A DNA stretch of 64,000 nt, from contig JARDVH010000133.1 of assembly GCA_030324005.1 (NCBI GenBank), positions 32,935,212 to 32,999,211 of the forward strand. The letters are read 5' to 3'. How positions within the stretch are numbered: the first letter of the stretch is position 1; each line of letters begins with the position of its first letter. A program made the translations under genes and the position numbers. Below are positions 1 to 13,840 of this stretch, piece by piece. The notes below the pieces were generated by a model. That model saw nothing but the letters and a program-made list of their open reading frames with translations, was not told the DNA's origin and searched no databases. The stretch comes from Negaprion brevirostris (taxonomy: Eukaryota).

Positions 1-415
1 TCCACTTCCTCATCCAGGTCATTTATAAAAATCACAAAGAGCAAGGGTCCCAGAACAGATCCCTGGGGCACTCCACTAGTGACCAACCTCCATGCAGAAA
101 AAGACACATCTACAACCACTCTTTGCCTTCTGTGGCCAAGCCAGTTCTGAATCCACAAAGCAATGTCCCCTTGGATCCCATGCCCCCTCACTTTCTCAGT
201 AAGCCTTGCATGGGGCACCTTATCAAACGCCTTGCTGAAGTCCACATAAACCACATCTACTGCTCTTCTTTCATCAATGTGTTCAGACACATCCTCAAAA
301 AATTCAATCAGGCTCGTAAGGCATGAACTGCCTTTGACAAAGCCATGCTGACTATTCTTGATCATACTATACCACTCCAAATGTTCATAAATCCTGCCTC
401 TCAGGATCTTCTCTT
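1..415 (-). mobile_element. CR1 LINE reverse transcriptase fragment
   Basis: Minus strand encodes [23 protein letters not shown] and [13 protein letters not shown] motifs. Confidence 0.9.
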
Positions 416-424
416 TTAATTAAT

Positions 425-595
425 TATTGCGAATGCTGGAATCTGAAACCAGAAGAGAAAATGCTGGAAAATGTCAGCAGGTCTGGCAGCACCTGCATGG
501 AGAAAAAAGAGCTAACGTTTCAAGTCCAGATGACCCTTTGTCAAAGCTCAACGTCGGATGCTGCCAGACCTGCTGAGATTTTCCAGCATTTTCTG
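425..595. mobile_element. Palindromic element family A (decayed hammerhead, probably Penelope-derived)
   Basis: Inverted arms aaaatgctggaaaat.tcagcaggtctggcagca / tgctgccagacctgctgagattttccagcatttt. Confidence 0.75.
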
Positions 596-1559
596 AGAAT
601 TTAATCTCTAAATTTGATACCTCTGACTTTGATCAGGAGTATTATCTCAGAAAATATTAAAAACTTGAAAGTACTTTCATATCTCATCATCTGTGTGAAT
701 TCCAGTTAGTGCAGCTGTCTGCCAGGAGCTAATATTTGAGTGAGCCAGGTTGGAACCTTTCTATAAAGGAGCCTGGGGGTTGCATGGAAAGTTTAAATTT
801 GTTTCCAGGGAGACCCTGTATACATAGCATAATAAGTGTGAAGCTCTGTTGGACTGTGTTCAAATGTTACCAATGTGGAGTCAGCTTTGATTTTATTTAA
901 TTGTAAGTGAAACTTGATGCATTTCGGTATCCAAGCAGCAGTTGTCCTTTGTCTAAAAGGAATGAGCCATTTACTGTTCCTTCTGCTCACGTATGCACGT
1001 AGAACTGTCTGGTGTTGCCCCTGGCCTTTCTGCACTGAGAATGACTCAAACCCACAAGGATATTATACAGGGGGAGAAACCAAAACTGGAGACTCATGGA
1101 TTCAGCAAGTTCTGTGTTGAGGCCTTGGGCTGACCTTATCTCGTTTTCAGCCTTGGCACAGCATTTTTCTGGGTTTGTTTTCTTTTTCCATTGTTGATAA
1201 CACAATTCAGGACCTTGAGGACAACAAAAATTCCAACTGTACTTAAAATCTAGATTTTTAGCAAAATTCTCATCAATTTTAACATGATGATAAATATATC
1301 TATGGAAACCTGTGGACTAGCAACCTTGATGTTAAATTGCAAAATTGCAAAACCCAATGCTGAAAAATAGCAAAAAGGACATTGTATTTGATTATATTTC
1401 AACAAATATTAGAAGTTCTCAACACATTGCTGCGGACTGGTGAGTCAAGAGACAATGTTGTAGCTGCTATTTATCCTTTCTGTTCTAACAGTAACTTCAT
1501 TTTTTAATAACAAGGTCATTTGTGATCATACACCGTCCCTCTTTTTATCCTTTGGGGGA

Positions 1560-2410
1560 TATTTACATTGTTCATAAACTCAGCATTTGCTGCCCACCTC
1601 TAATTGCTGTTAGGGACAGACAACAGGGGAAGGTGGTAATGAGTTGCTTTCTTGAATCACTACAGTCCATGTGGTGTAGGTGTGTCCACTGTGCTGTTAG
1701 CAATGTAGTTCCAGGATTTTGACCTAGCAATATGTCAAAGGAACAGCAATATAGTTCCAAGGTGCGTGACTTAGAGAACTAACAGATGGTATTCCCATGC
1801 CTCTACTGCCCTCGTCCTTTTAAGCAGTAGAGGTTTTAGAAGGTGCTGTTGAAAGAGGCTTGGTGAGTTGTTGCAGTGCATCTTCCAAGCAGTACACATT
1901 GCTGCCACTGTCTATCAGTGATGGAGGCAGTAAATGTTGAATGTGGTGGTTGGGGTGCAATCAAGCAGCCTGCTTTGTCCCAAACAATGTTAAGCTTCCT
2001 GAGTGTTGTCGGAGCTACAATCAAACTGGCAAGTGGATGGTATTCCATCACGTTCCTGACTTCTGCATTCCAGATGGTGGGCATCTGGAATGTTAAGTTA
2101 CTCACCCCAGAATTTTCAGCTTCGTACCTGCTCTTGTTGCCATAGCATTTATATGGCCAGTCCAGTTCAGTTTTGGTCAGTGGTCACCCAGGATGTTGAT
2201 AGTGGGGAATTCAGTGATGATGATGCCATTGAATGCCATGGGGACATGGTTCAATTCTGTCTTGTTGGAGATGGTCACTGACACTTGGTGGCGCAAATGT
2301 TACTTGCCGCCTATCACCCAAGCCTAACTGTTTACTGCATACAGACGTGGACTGCTTCAATATNNNNNNNNNNNNNNNNNNNNNNNNNNNGAATAGTGCT
2401 GAATATTAAT
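1560..2410 (-). mobile_element. LINE (CR1/L2-related) 3' fragment
   Basis: ORF 1836..2105 AEVRNVMEY..APTTLRKL..DKAGCLI resembles a LINE ORF2 C-terminus. Related pieces at about 6900-7050, 27340-27630, 35490-35770, 45890-47010 and 55490-56880. Confidence 0.7.
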
Positions 2411-2939
2411 CAATTGTCATCAGTCAGGAAGCCATTTTTTTTGCCTGTTCTAACAAAATGTTTTTAGTTATTTAACACTATGAATGCCTATGCCCTCATA
2501 AGTTCATATCCTTACAGCCACCCTCAGCTATATGTTTAACCTTCAACCGTCTCTGTGTATTCGACAAACCTTGTTCTTTGTTAGACAATATTATACATAT
2601 ATTTGATGTTACTCTTCCTGGGAAATTCTTTTCATTGTTCAGTTGCAACTACCATTAACTGTTTGCCGCTGATAGTCTGTGTTTCTAAACATTGTTATTT
2701 TAAGATCTAAGATTAGTGTGAGGCACTTGTTCTGTGTAAAGCAGTTAAAATCAGATGAACAGTCCTCTTGTCTGTCTTATGTCTTGGATAAGTTCCATTA
2801 CACTGTAAAATCAACGTTAGAAATTGTTCCCTTATTTCTACACTTTCCTTACTAACTATAGACACCTATAGAAAGGTATTGTCTATTATAATATTTTTCC
2901 TTTTTTTTTCTCCAAACCATATTTCCAGAACTTCTGTTA

Positions 2940-3100
2940 CAAAAGCAAAATTCACTTAGTACTGGAGACCTGAAATGGAAACAGAAAATGCTAGCAATAC
3001 TCAGATTGAGCAATGGTTGTGGAGAGAAAACATTCTACAGAAAGATCTGTTTCTGTCTCTGAGATGCAACTGAGTGTTTCCAACTCCTTCTGTTTCCAGT
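2940..3100. mobile_element. Family A palindromic element, degenerate
   Basis: acagaaaatgctagcaatactcag...ctgagtgtttccaactccttctgttt. Confidence 0.55.
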
Positions 3101-3429
3101 GTTACTGGAATGGCTCTTTCTCTGCATTTAAGCTAGAGTTTCATTGGCGTGCAGGTTTCTTTGATTTTCAAACAGCCCAGTAAAACCATGCACTCTGCTG
3201 ATGTCTATTACTGAAGTACACTAAACAGCATCTCACTTGAAGTTCCAGATGGGCTGACTCTCAAGTTTACACAAGATGGGGATTAGTTCATGTTTTATAT
3301 TGGAAAGTATGTTTGTTCTTGGCAGAGTTGAAGTTTGAATTTGATTCAGATTGATAATACAGCCGAGGACTTCACATAATTTTGCTAATTTAAAATTAAC
3401 TTCCTATCTTGCATTAAACTTTGAACCAG

Positions 3430-3636
3430 AACGAACGGTTAGTGTGGCTGAGATACCAGAAGAAGAAATGGGAGCTACAGTCAAAACAAAGACAGGCCCG
3501 CAAAAAAAGGATAAAGCTTGATGATGGGGCAGCTGCACCAGGTAGAGCTATTCGAGGTGGCCCCACTACCAGCCTTAGCAGCTTTTTGCGTCGAACTGCC
3601 CGCACCATTCTAGATATGCCATGGCAAATAGTTCAG
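3430..3636 (+). CDS. POLE: POLE coding exon (about human exon 31), [14 protein letters not shown]...DMPWQIVQ
   Basis: ccag| acceptor, CAG|gtaaag donor, 207 nt, phase 0/0. Peptide matches vertebrate POLE (WLVWLRFHKKKW...[19 protein letters not shown]). Upstream exons lie outside the window. Confidence 0.96.
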
Positions 3637-5145
3637 GTAAAGTTCTGTTAAATTCATACAATTGGATCTCTGGGATCTGTTGGGTTGTGACAATTTAAGG
3701 TTGTACTTTACTGTGAATGAAGAAACCAGTCCCTGCATTAGACTCAAAAGAGGGAGGTTGCTCCACCATTTTTGAATAAGCCAACCTCCAATCTGTAGGA
3801 ACTAGTCCAGAGTCTAAAGAATTTGGAAAATAACCACCAATGGATCTACTATTTCCAGGGCCACTTCCTTAAGTACTCTGGGTTGAAGATTATCAGGATG
3901 TGGAGATTAATCCACTTTTAATTTCCCCAAAACCATTTCTGTACTAATGCTGATTTCCTTCAGCTCCTCACTAAAACTTGCTTCTTTTAGAACTTCCTCA
4001 GAATTTCAGAAACCCGAAGGTTTTTATAAAGTCAGACTCATCCCCAACCATTCTTTTTTTCAGCATTAGTGTGAGGATAAGATGTTTCATTCCAGGCGTG
4101 ATTCTGCTGGCAAATGGAAGCCTTTATCAAATCAAACTTTATTTAATAACACAGTTTAATTCTAACAAATGAATTTGTTAAACTTTTACAATTTAACAGT
4201 TGAACAATACTTAAACATGACAAGACACATTTCTTAACTACTATCAATGTGAGTTCCAGTCAAGCAATATTTCTCTTATAGACCTAAGCTCCTTTTTAAA
4301 ATTAATTAGCAAAACACAAGTATACTTGCTTTGATTGAAGTTACCAAGCTTGAAGTTTTCAGAAAGCCTTTGGGAAGAGAGAGAGAGATGCTGCTTTCTT
4401 CTGACAGGCCAGGCAGTAACTGCTGTTAGTTTAAAATAAAAATGAAACTGTTTCTTTCCTTCAAACTTAGCTCCTCCCATTAACCACATGACTCTGTCCC
4501 TGTCAATCAACCTAATCAAAACTCACATGATGCTACATACCTAGTCTGAAATCCCAGAAGAACCTAAATAAACAAAAGGTTTATTAACTCTACATGGTAA
4601 CGCATCCCGAGCTAAAATCAGTTATCCTGCATTCTTAACATCTGCTGCATGTTTTCCCAGCCAAACTGACTCTTGTAATAAACATTGTCTCTTAATGCAA
4701 TCCCATCTTAAACACAACATATAGCAAAATAGCATAGAACGATCACAGTAAGAGTATTAAGAATTCCAGAATGAAACAGGATAAATGGAGTTAACATACA
4801 GATCAGCCATGATATAACTGACTAGCTGAACAGTCTCAAGGGTTTGAATGTTCTCTTTTCATTCCTATGCTGGGACCCACTTCTCTCAGTGAGAGGTGCC
4901 AGTTAAATCCTGTCTAGGTACATTGGTGGATATACTCTAAATGCTTTTTTGCCTTAATGTTGTACGTTGGCAACATTGATCAGAGTTTTATTTGGAAATA
5001 ACAAATGTTTGCCCTTGCCATTTCCTACCTGCATTGTGCCACGCTNNNNNNNNNNNNNNNNNNNNNNNNNNNNNNNNNNNNNNNNNNNNNNNNNNNNNNN
5101 NNNNNNNNNNNNNNNNNNNNNNNNNNNNNNNNNNNNNNNNNNNNN

Positions 5146-6780
5146 CCAATGGATCTACTATTTCCAGGGCCACTTCCTTAAGTACTCTGGGTTGAAGATT
5201 ATCAGGACCGTAAGATTATCTGCCTTCAAGCCCATCAATTTCCCCAAAGTCATTTCTCTACTAATGCTCATTTCCTTCAGCACCTCACTAAAACTTGTTT
5301 CTCTCAGCACTTCTGATACGTTATTCATGTCTTCCTTTGTGAAGATTGAAGCAAAGTGCAAATTTAATTCCTTGGCCATTGCTTTATTCCCCATTATGAA
5401 TTCTCCCGTTTCTGACTGTAAGGGCCTACATTTGTTTTTGTCAGTTTTTATGTTTCCCTTCCAGCCTACTTTCATACTCTATTTTTCCCTTCTTCATCAA
5501 TCCCTTGGTCCTCCTTTGCTGAATTTTAAACTTAAAATGCTTTTTCACTTTGTATTCTTTCTTGAATCTGATACTATCTCTAATTTCCCTTGTAAGCCAC
5601 GGTTTAACTATAATCCCCTTACCACTCTTGTGCCAAACAGGAATAAACAATTTCTGGAGTTCATCTATTTGTTCTCTAAATGCCTGTCATTGCATATCCA
5701 CTGTCTTTTCTTTCAGTAATGTTTCCCAGTCCATCATGGCCAATTCATGCCTCTTAGCATCATAGTTACCTTTATTGAGATTCAGGACCCTGGTTTCAGA
5801 ATCCACTATATCACTATACACCTTGACAAAGAATACTATATTTTGGTCCCTAAGGGCTCTCTTCTCATTGCACACCACCCTGTCCAATATGGCCCACTCC
5901 CTTGTTGGTTCCTCAATGTATTGCTCTAGAAAACCATCCCGAATGCACTCCAGAAATTCCTCCTCTGTTGCACTGTGACTAATTTGATTCTCCCAATCTA
6001 TATGCAGATTAAAGTCACCCATAATCACAGATGTTCTTTTAACACCTGTCTAATGCTTTTCCCAACATTACCACGACAGTTTGGTGGTCCTGTATACCAC
6101 CCCCACCAATGTTTTTTGCCCCTTGTTTCTTAACTTGACCCATACAGATTCCACATCATCTATGCTAATATCCTTTCCCAATATTGTATCAATACTATCT
6201 TTGAGCAACAATGCAATTCCGCCACCTTTTCCTTTCTATCTGACCTCCCTAAACACTGAATAGCTCTCAATGTTTAGTTCCCATCCTTGGTCACCTTGGA
6301 GCCATGTCTGCGTAATGCCACCTAAATCATATCCCATAACATCTATCTGTGCAACTAAGTCATCCATTTTGTTTCGAATGCTCCGAGCATTCAGTTACAA
6401 AACCTTACGGTGAGCACTGTTGACATTTCTTTTCCCTTTGGTACTGTTACTTATTCAGTCCTTATCTCACTCTGGCTCTTGAATTCTCTGCCTATTACTT
6501 CCCTTATTCTCCACACTGTCTTTTCCTCTTGTTCTTAATTTCCCCTGCTCTGAATCCTTGTAAAGGCTCCCATCCAACTGCCATGTTAAACCCTCATCCT
6601 TACAACATCCTTTCAGTCACATATTCATCCTATGTATCCTGCTGTTTCTACTCTGACTAGCACATGCCAAATCCTGAGATCACTACCTTTGAGGTCCTGC
6701 TTTTCAGCCTGCTCCCTATATTCTGCTTTTAGGACCTCAACCCTTTTTTTTTTAAACCTATGTCGTTTATACCAATGTGT
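5146..6780 (-). mobile_element. CR1 LINE fragment spanning ORF1 (esterase) to ORF2 endonuclease and linker
   Basis: IMGDFNLHIDW (APE endonuclease), MAKELNLHFASIFTKED, and HIGINDIG near 6760-6780. A related piece lies at 3775-3990. Confidence 0.88.
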
Positions 6781-7283
6781 GTCACATGTAGGCTTACATT
6801 AACACTGCAGTGAAGTTACTGTGAATATCCCCTAGATAATTACAAGTTGATAATTTCCCACTGCCCACCTTTCATCCTGTTGGCTGTCTTTCTGTGTAGT
6901 TAATTTAGTCTGTGGATCCTTATTTTTCCACCAGGTCGACATTATGGAACTCTGTCTCTAACAGTGTTCTGTGTGAATGCCTTTACCACACAGATGGTTC
7001 AAAAAGGCAGCTCACCACTGCCTTCCTGAGGGCAGTTTGCAGTGGGAATAAAGAAGAACATAAGAACTAGGAGCTGGAGTAGGCTATCTGGCCCCTCGAG
7101 CCTGCCCCGCCATTCAATAAGATCATGGTTGATCTTGTTGTGAATTCAGCTCCACTTACTGGACTTGTCAATGTATGTCCCATGAAATGAACAAAAGAAA
7201 ATTTGATTCTTGGTTGAATCGTGTGATCATGGTATGAAAAGCTCTTGTAGTACCTTAAGTAAAATTGGTGTCTCAATGTTCAG

Positions 7284-7427
7284 ATTGCAGAAACGAGTCA
7301 ACCTGGTTTCTTCAAACTGTGGGCTGTTGTTGGCAATGATTTGCATTGCATCAAACTCAACATCCCTCGAGTGTTCTACGTCAACCAACGCATCCCTAAG
7401 GCAGATGATAGTGCTGTTTACAAGAAA
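7284..7427 (+). CDS. POLE: POLE exon (about 32), [36 protein letters not shown]...YKK
   Basis: ttcag| acceptor, |gtaagt donor, 144 nt, in frame with its neighbours. Confidence 0.96.
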
Positions 7428-7780
7428 GTAAGTATAGCATATTCCTTCCTCATCCCCCTTCACTTTTCTCCAAACAAAACTTACTTTCCACATATAGTAT
7501 CAGATCTATTTTATGGTAAACAGCAATTTGAATTGAATATATTGAATAAAGTGGAGGGCCAAGTTTTTAGTGACGTATTTTCAAAACAAAATGGACTCAA
7601 AGGATTCATCACCATCTGAAGCAATAAAAGATGAAGTATGCAAGCCTAGAGTGTTGTGCATTTAACTGCTATTTAATTGGACAGTTTGAGAAGTAACTGT
7701 TTGCCAACTTGAAAATTTTCTAATTTATATGTTAGCACGTTTTTCCCCTGGTTTATTTAAATTTATTTCCATGTTTGTAG

Positions 7781-7924
<144 letters not shown>

Positions 7925-10110
7925 TGAATAGTTTTTGATGATGGATGGAATTTATATATTGTAGCTAGAACTTGTGTTTTGCAGTTGGCACTTTTCTCCA
8001 AAACCTGACTATGTAAACCAATTAAACAAGTTCTTATTTGTGCCATTCTGTTTAAGGTGTTGGATAAGAGAAGAGGAAAATAAGTACAGTATTGTAGTCA
8101 AACTCCATTATCTACCAGAAGGGATTTATTAAGGAGATAATTAAATATTTTGCTTGCATTTTTGGCATAGCAATGCCCTAGTTTTGGAAATTGAAACCAA
8201 GAAAATAGAAAGAACCTATTCTGTAAGCACCAAGATTGGTTACATAAGAANNNNNNNNNNNNNNNNNNNNNNNNNNNNNNNNNNNNNNNNNNNNNNNNNN
8301 NNNNNNNNNNNNNNNNNNNNNNNNNNNNNNNNNNNNNNNNNNNNNNNNNNAAGTGGACCAACTCACACTTGCCAACATTAAAGTCCATTTGCCAGTTCCT
8401 GGCCTATTCGCCCAGTCTATCTAGATCCTTCTGCATACAATCCTTCTGGATACAATGCATAAAATGTTGTGCATTGCGATAACGTCTCGTGCAACACTTT
8501 GTCCTGTGAGAATTCTGGTAGATAACGGGGATTTGAGTAATGAATGCTCATCTATATATGTAGAAATTAGGCTTGTTTAATTTTTGCAAGTTAGTTTAAT
8601 CTTTGTGTTTGTTACATCCCTTGTTCCGTCTTTCATTTGATATCACTGTTTTTTTCAGACAAAACTCAACCAGTTGTCCACAAGTATTCTGTGATTTTTT
8701 TATGTTCTTAGGCTCTGATGTCCGGAATAGTGCCAATTTTATGGACATACGAACATAAGGAATAGCAGGAGAACTAGATCATTCGACCCCTTGAGTCTGC
8801 TCTGCCATTAAATGAGATAATGACTGATCTGTTTGTGTTGAGTTTCGCATTCTCCATCTATCCCTAATAACCTTTGATTCCCTTGTCCTACAAGAATCAG
8901 TCGACCTCTGAAGCAAATATCTATCTATTTCATCCGCCATTTCTTCATTATCCACGATTAACTCCTTTTTTCTACTCTCCAGAGGACCAACACTCATTTT
9001 CATACTCTTGGCAAAAGTTCCTCATATTCTCTATGCAAAACCTCTTACCTGTGGATGGACCACTTCTGGATCTTCCCTCTCCCACTGCAAGTTCCTCTTC
9101 AGCCCTGAGCAGATGTCCTGAACCCTGGCATTGGGCAGGCAACAGAGCCTTCTGGACTCACATTCTTTGCTGCTTTAGCTTTTTAAGGAAAGCTGCTTGA
9201 AGTCAGCAAATGTTGTAGATTATTCAATACAGCAATGAAATAATTTGATTCCAATTGCTATCTGAAGTAATGATTATCTTTAAAGCTTTGATATTGAAGA
9301 GATTTTAACATTTTGAGAGTTGAGTGGGACTTGAGCCACTTCGATTTATGGAAAGTAAATTTGCAGTTTTTGATTTGAAATTTTGCAAACCATCATACAC
9401 ACCTATCGAGCACAAATAGATTGGTGTGCCAGAAGAGCCCGGTAGCATACATGAACACTTTCAATATGAAGAAAAAATCTGCAAAGCCTCAAAACTGAAA
9501 TCAGCATAATCAGCATTTGTAAAGAGAAAGACAGGCTAATAATTCCAACTCAATGTTTCCAGATCTAGTATTCAGTGTTCTGTATGGTCCAAACAAAAAC
9601 ACTGCATGTTATATAACCTTCATAGGATTGTAAGAATTTGCCTCTGCTAAGTGCATGCTTATCTTGACAAGACCTTCAATGGAGTGTGAAAGGAGTGCTC
9701 AGTAGAGGAACATGGGGTGGTAGTGCACTGCATGCAAGAGTGGAGATTAGAATGGCGACTTTCTGTAATTGCATCTAGAGTGAGCTTTTCTGGGCTATAT
9801 TCAAGTATTTGGAGCTAGGTGTTGGCAACATGATCTATTGTGTTTGGAATGCTGTCATGCAACAAAAAAAATTCAATCACTCGAGCAGTACTAGTTAACC
9901 AACACGAGAAAAGAGCCAGGCTGTCCCATCATTATCCCAGTGCGGTCTCCATCACAGTGCTCTTTACTTTAACCCAATTTACCCCTGGCCTTTCAAGTGT
10001 TTATCTAATTCCTTGCTAATATCACAATCAAGTTGATTTTAACAATTAGTTACGGTATTGATAAGCAAAGTTAATTTTACTATCCAGACTCTTCCTATGT
10101 TTTTCCCTAG

Positions 10111-10264
10111 GTTCCCCTGCTCTTTCGTGCCCTCGTCCAACTCGGATGCGTCTGTATGGTCAATAGGCAGTTATCACTCTATCTCGCAGGACGAGAAGCA
10201 GAAACCTTTGAATTGGAACAACTGGAAATGCGCTCATTAGCACAATTTAATTATCTGGAACCAG
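10111..10264 (+). CDS. POLE: POLE exon (about 34), [15 protein letters not shown]...[12 protein letters not shown]
   Basis: ttttccctag| acceptor, CAG|gtaatt donor, 154 nt. Confidence 0.96.
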
Positions 10265-10861
10265 GTAATTACTCATCTTCAAAAATGCCAGATAATTTAG
10301 TAAGATTTGTAATGTTTCTGCATTGGGAGAGGAATAGTGTAACAGTGTGTGTGTATCATTTGTAATTCATGCAAATCGACTATAAACTGATGCACATTAT
10401 CATTTATTGCATTATTGCATCAAAAGAGCAGTTGTAGGGTACATTGTGCTGGTGTTTGAGGGTAACCTATTTTAACATTGTCAACTTGTGTGGGTAAATG
10501 GTATCCGGTTTCTTCATTATTACTGCACGTTCTTGTATGATGCGCAGATAAATGTTTCTTTATGCTGGACTTACAATTATGGATCTTACATGCAACATAG
10601 AATTGAAAGCATTGCCCAAATTAAGTGGAATAGGCACAGATTTGTATATTTCTTCCTTTTTTCTCAGTGCTTCAAACTTTAAGTGCAACATTTTATATAA
10701 AGATTATAGTACGGTTTAATTTGTTTGGTGTCTCATACCATTTAAGAAAAATTAGTGATTTGATTATTCATTTCAATTTTGAAGATGGACAAAGTAAGCA
10801 AACTGCAAACCTTCGAATATGTATTTGGTACGTGGAAAATTGTGTGAATGTGTTGAATCAA

Positions 10862-11058
10862 ATGAAAAATACTGAGGAGGTTGGAATCCAAAACCAAAAC
10901 AGAAAATGCTGGAAAATCGTAGCAGATCTGACAGCATCTGTGGAGAGGGAATAGAGCCAACATTTCAAGTCTAAATGACAGTCATCTTGACTCAAAGTTG
11001 GCTCTATTTTCTCTCCGCAGGTGCTGTCAGATCTGTTGAGATTTTCCAGCATTTTCTG
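10862..11058. mobile_element. Family A palindromic element
   Basis: Arms at about 10899-10965 and 10995-11058 are reverse complements. Confidence 0.75.
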
Positions 11059-11606
11059 TGATATGTTGAATCATCTGTTTGGCGCCCAGAATTACGCAGT
11101 GACAGCCGGGAAAGGTTACAGTAGAAGTTCTGTTCTATTTTGTACAGGAGGGAAAGTATAAAAGGATAAAAGACTTTTTGGCTCTAAGTAGGTTTTATAA
11201 TGGATACCTAAACAGCAAGTAGTAATGATAAGTGCTGTCTGGTTTCTTTGTGGATCTTGAGCAATACTTGTACAATGCACATACTGTTTTGGTAGTTATA
11301 TTGATTCAGCATCTTAGATGATTCTGCTTGCCTGCCCTGCCCTATTTCTTTACCCACTACCCAGCCCTCATCCTGTCTCTAAAAATTATCCCTGCCTTCT
11401 AGCAGGCTTTTGATGGAAGTCTTTATTTGGAATCAAAGTCGTAGTGGTGTGTCTCAGTTCCTTCAGGTGGTCTGAGTTGCTTTTGCATGCATGTTGTTGT
11501 CTTTAGCCATGGATTGTGATGTTGAAGACTGCAACGTTCTTTCCGTTGTATGGCTAACGAGTAATCTCTCCTGTTCTTAGCCCCTACCATTGGCATAGAA
11601 GTCAGA

Positions 11607-11925
11607 GAGTCATAGAATCCCTACAGTGCAGAAGGAGGCCATTCAGCTCATCAAACCTGCACTGACAACAATCCCAACCAGGTCCCGAGTCCATAACCCC
11701 ATACATTCACCCTGATAATCCGCCTGACACTACGGGTTAATTTACCATGGCCAGTCAACCTAACCTGCACATCTTTGGACTGTGGGAGGAAACCGGAGCA
11801 CCCGAAGGAAACCCACACAGACGGGAGAAGAATGTGCAAGTTCCATACAGATAGCCACCCAAGGCCAGAATGGAACCCGGGTCCCTGGCGCTGTGAGACA
11901 GCAGTGCTAACCACTGTGCTGCCCT
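11607..11925 (-). mobile_element. tRNA-derived V-SINE (HE1-like), full length
   Basis: Minus strand has the A box gcacagtggttagca, a B-box-like ccgggttcc, the V domain gggtgctccggtttcctcccacagtccaaaga, and a tctatga tail. Confidence 0.9.
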
Positions 11926-12639
11926 TATGGAAGGATTTTCAGATTGATACTCAACCAGCTTGGAACCTGAATCAGGAGCTTTTAGCTCAGAAGCTAAGAT
12001 GCTGCCCATTGCCCTAATATCTTCTGGAATCAAAGTACCAAGCCATAATCTTTTCTCTTGAAGATTTTATGTAGATAATTGACTCACAAGAAATGCAGTG
12101 AATTTAATCAGACTTGATATATTGAAATGGATTTTCCACAGCCAGAGGGAAATCTCCTCCATAAATGATCAATTTCACTACTGTGATGACTGTAATTTTA
12201 TTTCCTAAAAATTAATGAATCTTCTGATGCAAGTTTAACCTAATACATTGCTAAAATGCAGTATTGAAGGTATTTGTTTTTCAGGTATCTGCCTAACTGG
12301 CATTAGTCTCTTGATAAATAGCAGTAAGGCTGTTAAATATCTTACCATGAGGGGGTAGAAAACATCCAAAATTAAATTTTTTAGCTCTAAAAGGTGCTTA
12401 AATGTCTAGAAACTGACTCTCCAGTTCATGTGGAATAACACTAATCGGATTTGTAACTGAAGACAATTGTCAAAAGTAGCCATGTGAATTTTAAAACTTT
12501 AATGATTAGTCGGTGAGCTGTTTGACTCATGAGCAACATCTTCACTCATACTGGTTGAAAACTGGTTTGCCCTCAGCATTTCAGTGATTATTTTAAAACT
12601 AAACAAAAGAAAGTGTGTAGCATCACAAGGAGCTCAGCT

Positions 12640-12740
12640 ATATAGGAGAGAAGCAAGGAGAAAGGAAGAACAATATTGATAGGAGATTTATTAGTTGGGG
12701 GAACAGACAGGTGTTTCTGTGACCATAGACATGACTTCAG
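12640..12740 (+). mobile_element. CR1 ORF1 esterase fragment
   Basis: IGDLLVGGTDRCFC resembles the IGDS..RGTDR.FC motif. A later part of ORF1 appears at about 14355-14720. Confidence 0.6.
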
Positions 12741-13604
12741 NNNNNNNNNNNNNNNNNNNNNNNNNNNNNNNNNNNNNNNNNNNNNNNNNNNNNNNNNNNN
12801 NNNNNNNNNNNNNNNNNNNNNNNNNNNNNNNNNNNNNNNNTATCAAAAACCAATTAAACCCTCCAAAAGGAACATACATTTTTTTCATATGAACATATCC
12901 AAATTTTAGACTAATTGATTGAAGATCTCAAAGGTGCAGATTGGGAATGTTAAAAATGAATAATAGTGACACAAAGCTATCCTGTACAATATAAATCCAG
13001 AACAAAATCCTAACTTTTAATTATGCCCCTCAGAGATATCTACATTCCTCTAATTCCAGTCTCTAGAATATCCTCAGTCTTATTCTCTGTATCATTGGTG
13101 ACTGCGGCTGAAATCGGGGTGGGCGCGGCTCACAGAACAGAATTCTCTGTTGGCCTTGGGCAGGATTTTACGAGCCCGAGGCCTGGAACTGTGAAATTCC
13201 CTCTCCATCTCATTACTTCTCTTTCCTCCTCTAAGACACTCCTTAAAGTTGACAGCTTTTGGTCGTCTGGGGCCGCCTCTGTGACAAACTCAGCTTCGGA
13301 ATATTCCGAGAAACACTTGGGGTGTTTAATTATGTTAAAGACACCAAATAAAATACAAATTGTGGCTGCTATTGAATTTTAATGAAATTAAAGTCTGCCA
13401 CATGAAAATAGTAATAATCAGGTATTAAGTGATTAATATAATGAAGGAACTGATAAACAAAAACAAGGAACAGAACAAAATAGGAACTGGAACTGTTTAG
13501 AAGGTGTCCAAATTTGAATGTAGTTTTAACTAAGTATATAATCCAAGATTATAAAGGTTTGGCTGTGCACAGGGGGTGGAGCACTACAATGTCCCACTTT
13601 AAAG

Positions 13605-13840
13605 TTCATTCATGTCACAAGTAGGCATACATTCACACTGCAATGAAGTTACTGTGAAACTCCCTTAGTCACCACCCTACAGCACCTGTTCAGATTCATT
13701 AAGGGAGAATTTATCATGGTCAATGCATGTAACCAGCACATCTTTTGGACCGGGGAGGAAACCTGAGCACTTGCAGGAAACCCACACAGACACAGGCAGA
13801 ACATGCAGACTCCGCACAAGCAATGATCCAAGCCAGAATC
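13605..13840 (-). mobile_element. V-SINE with alternative 3' tail, 5'-truncated by a CR1
   Basis: V domain plus the tail gtcacaagtagg..acactgcaatgaagttactgtg. Confidence 0.8.

Noticed and set aside
4967-5719. Longest ORF in the track (250 aa), and other ORFs containing X runs
   Set aside because: They read through N gaps. This one is the antisense strand of a CR1 fragment.
11870-11925. tRNA-like A/B box sequences here and at other SINE heads
   Set aside because: They are V-SINE promoter heads with no complete cloverleaf, not tRNA genes
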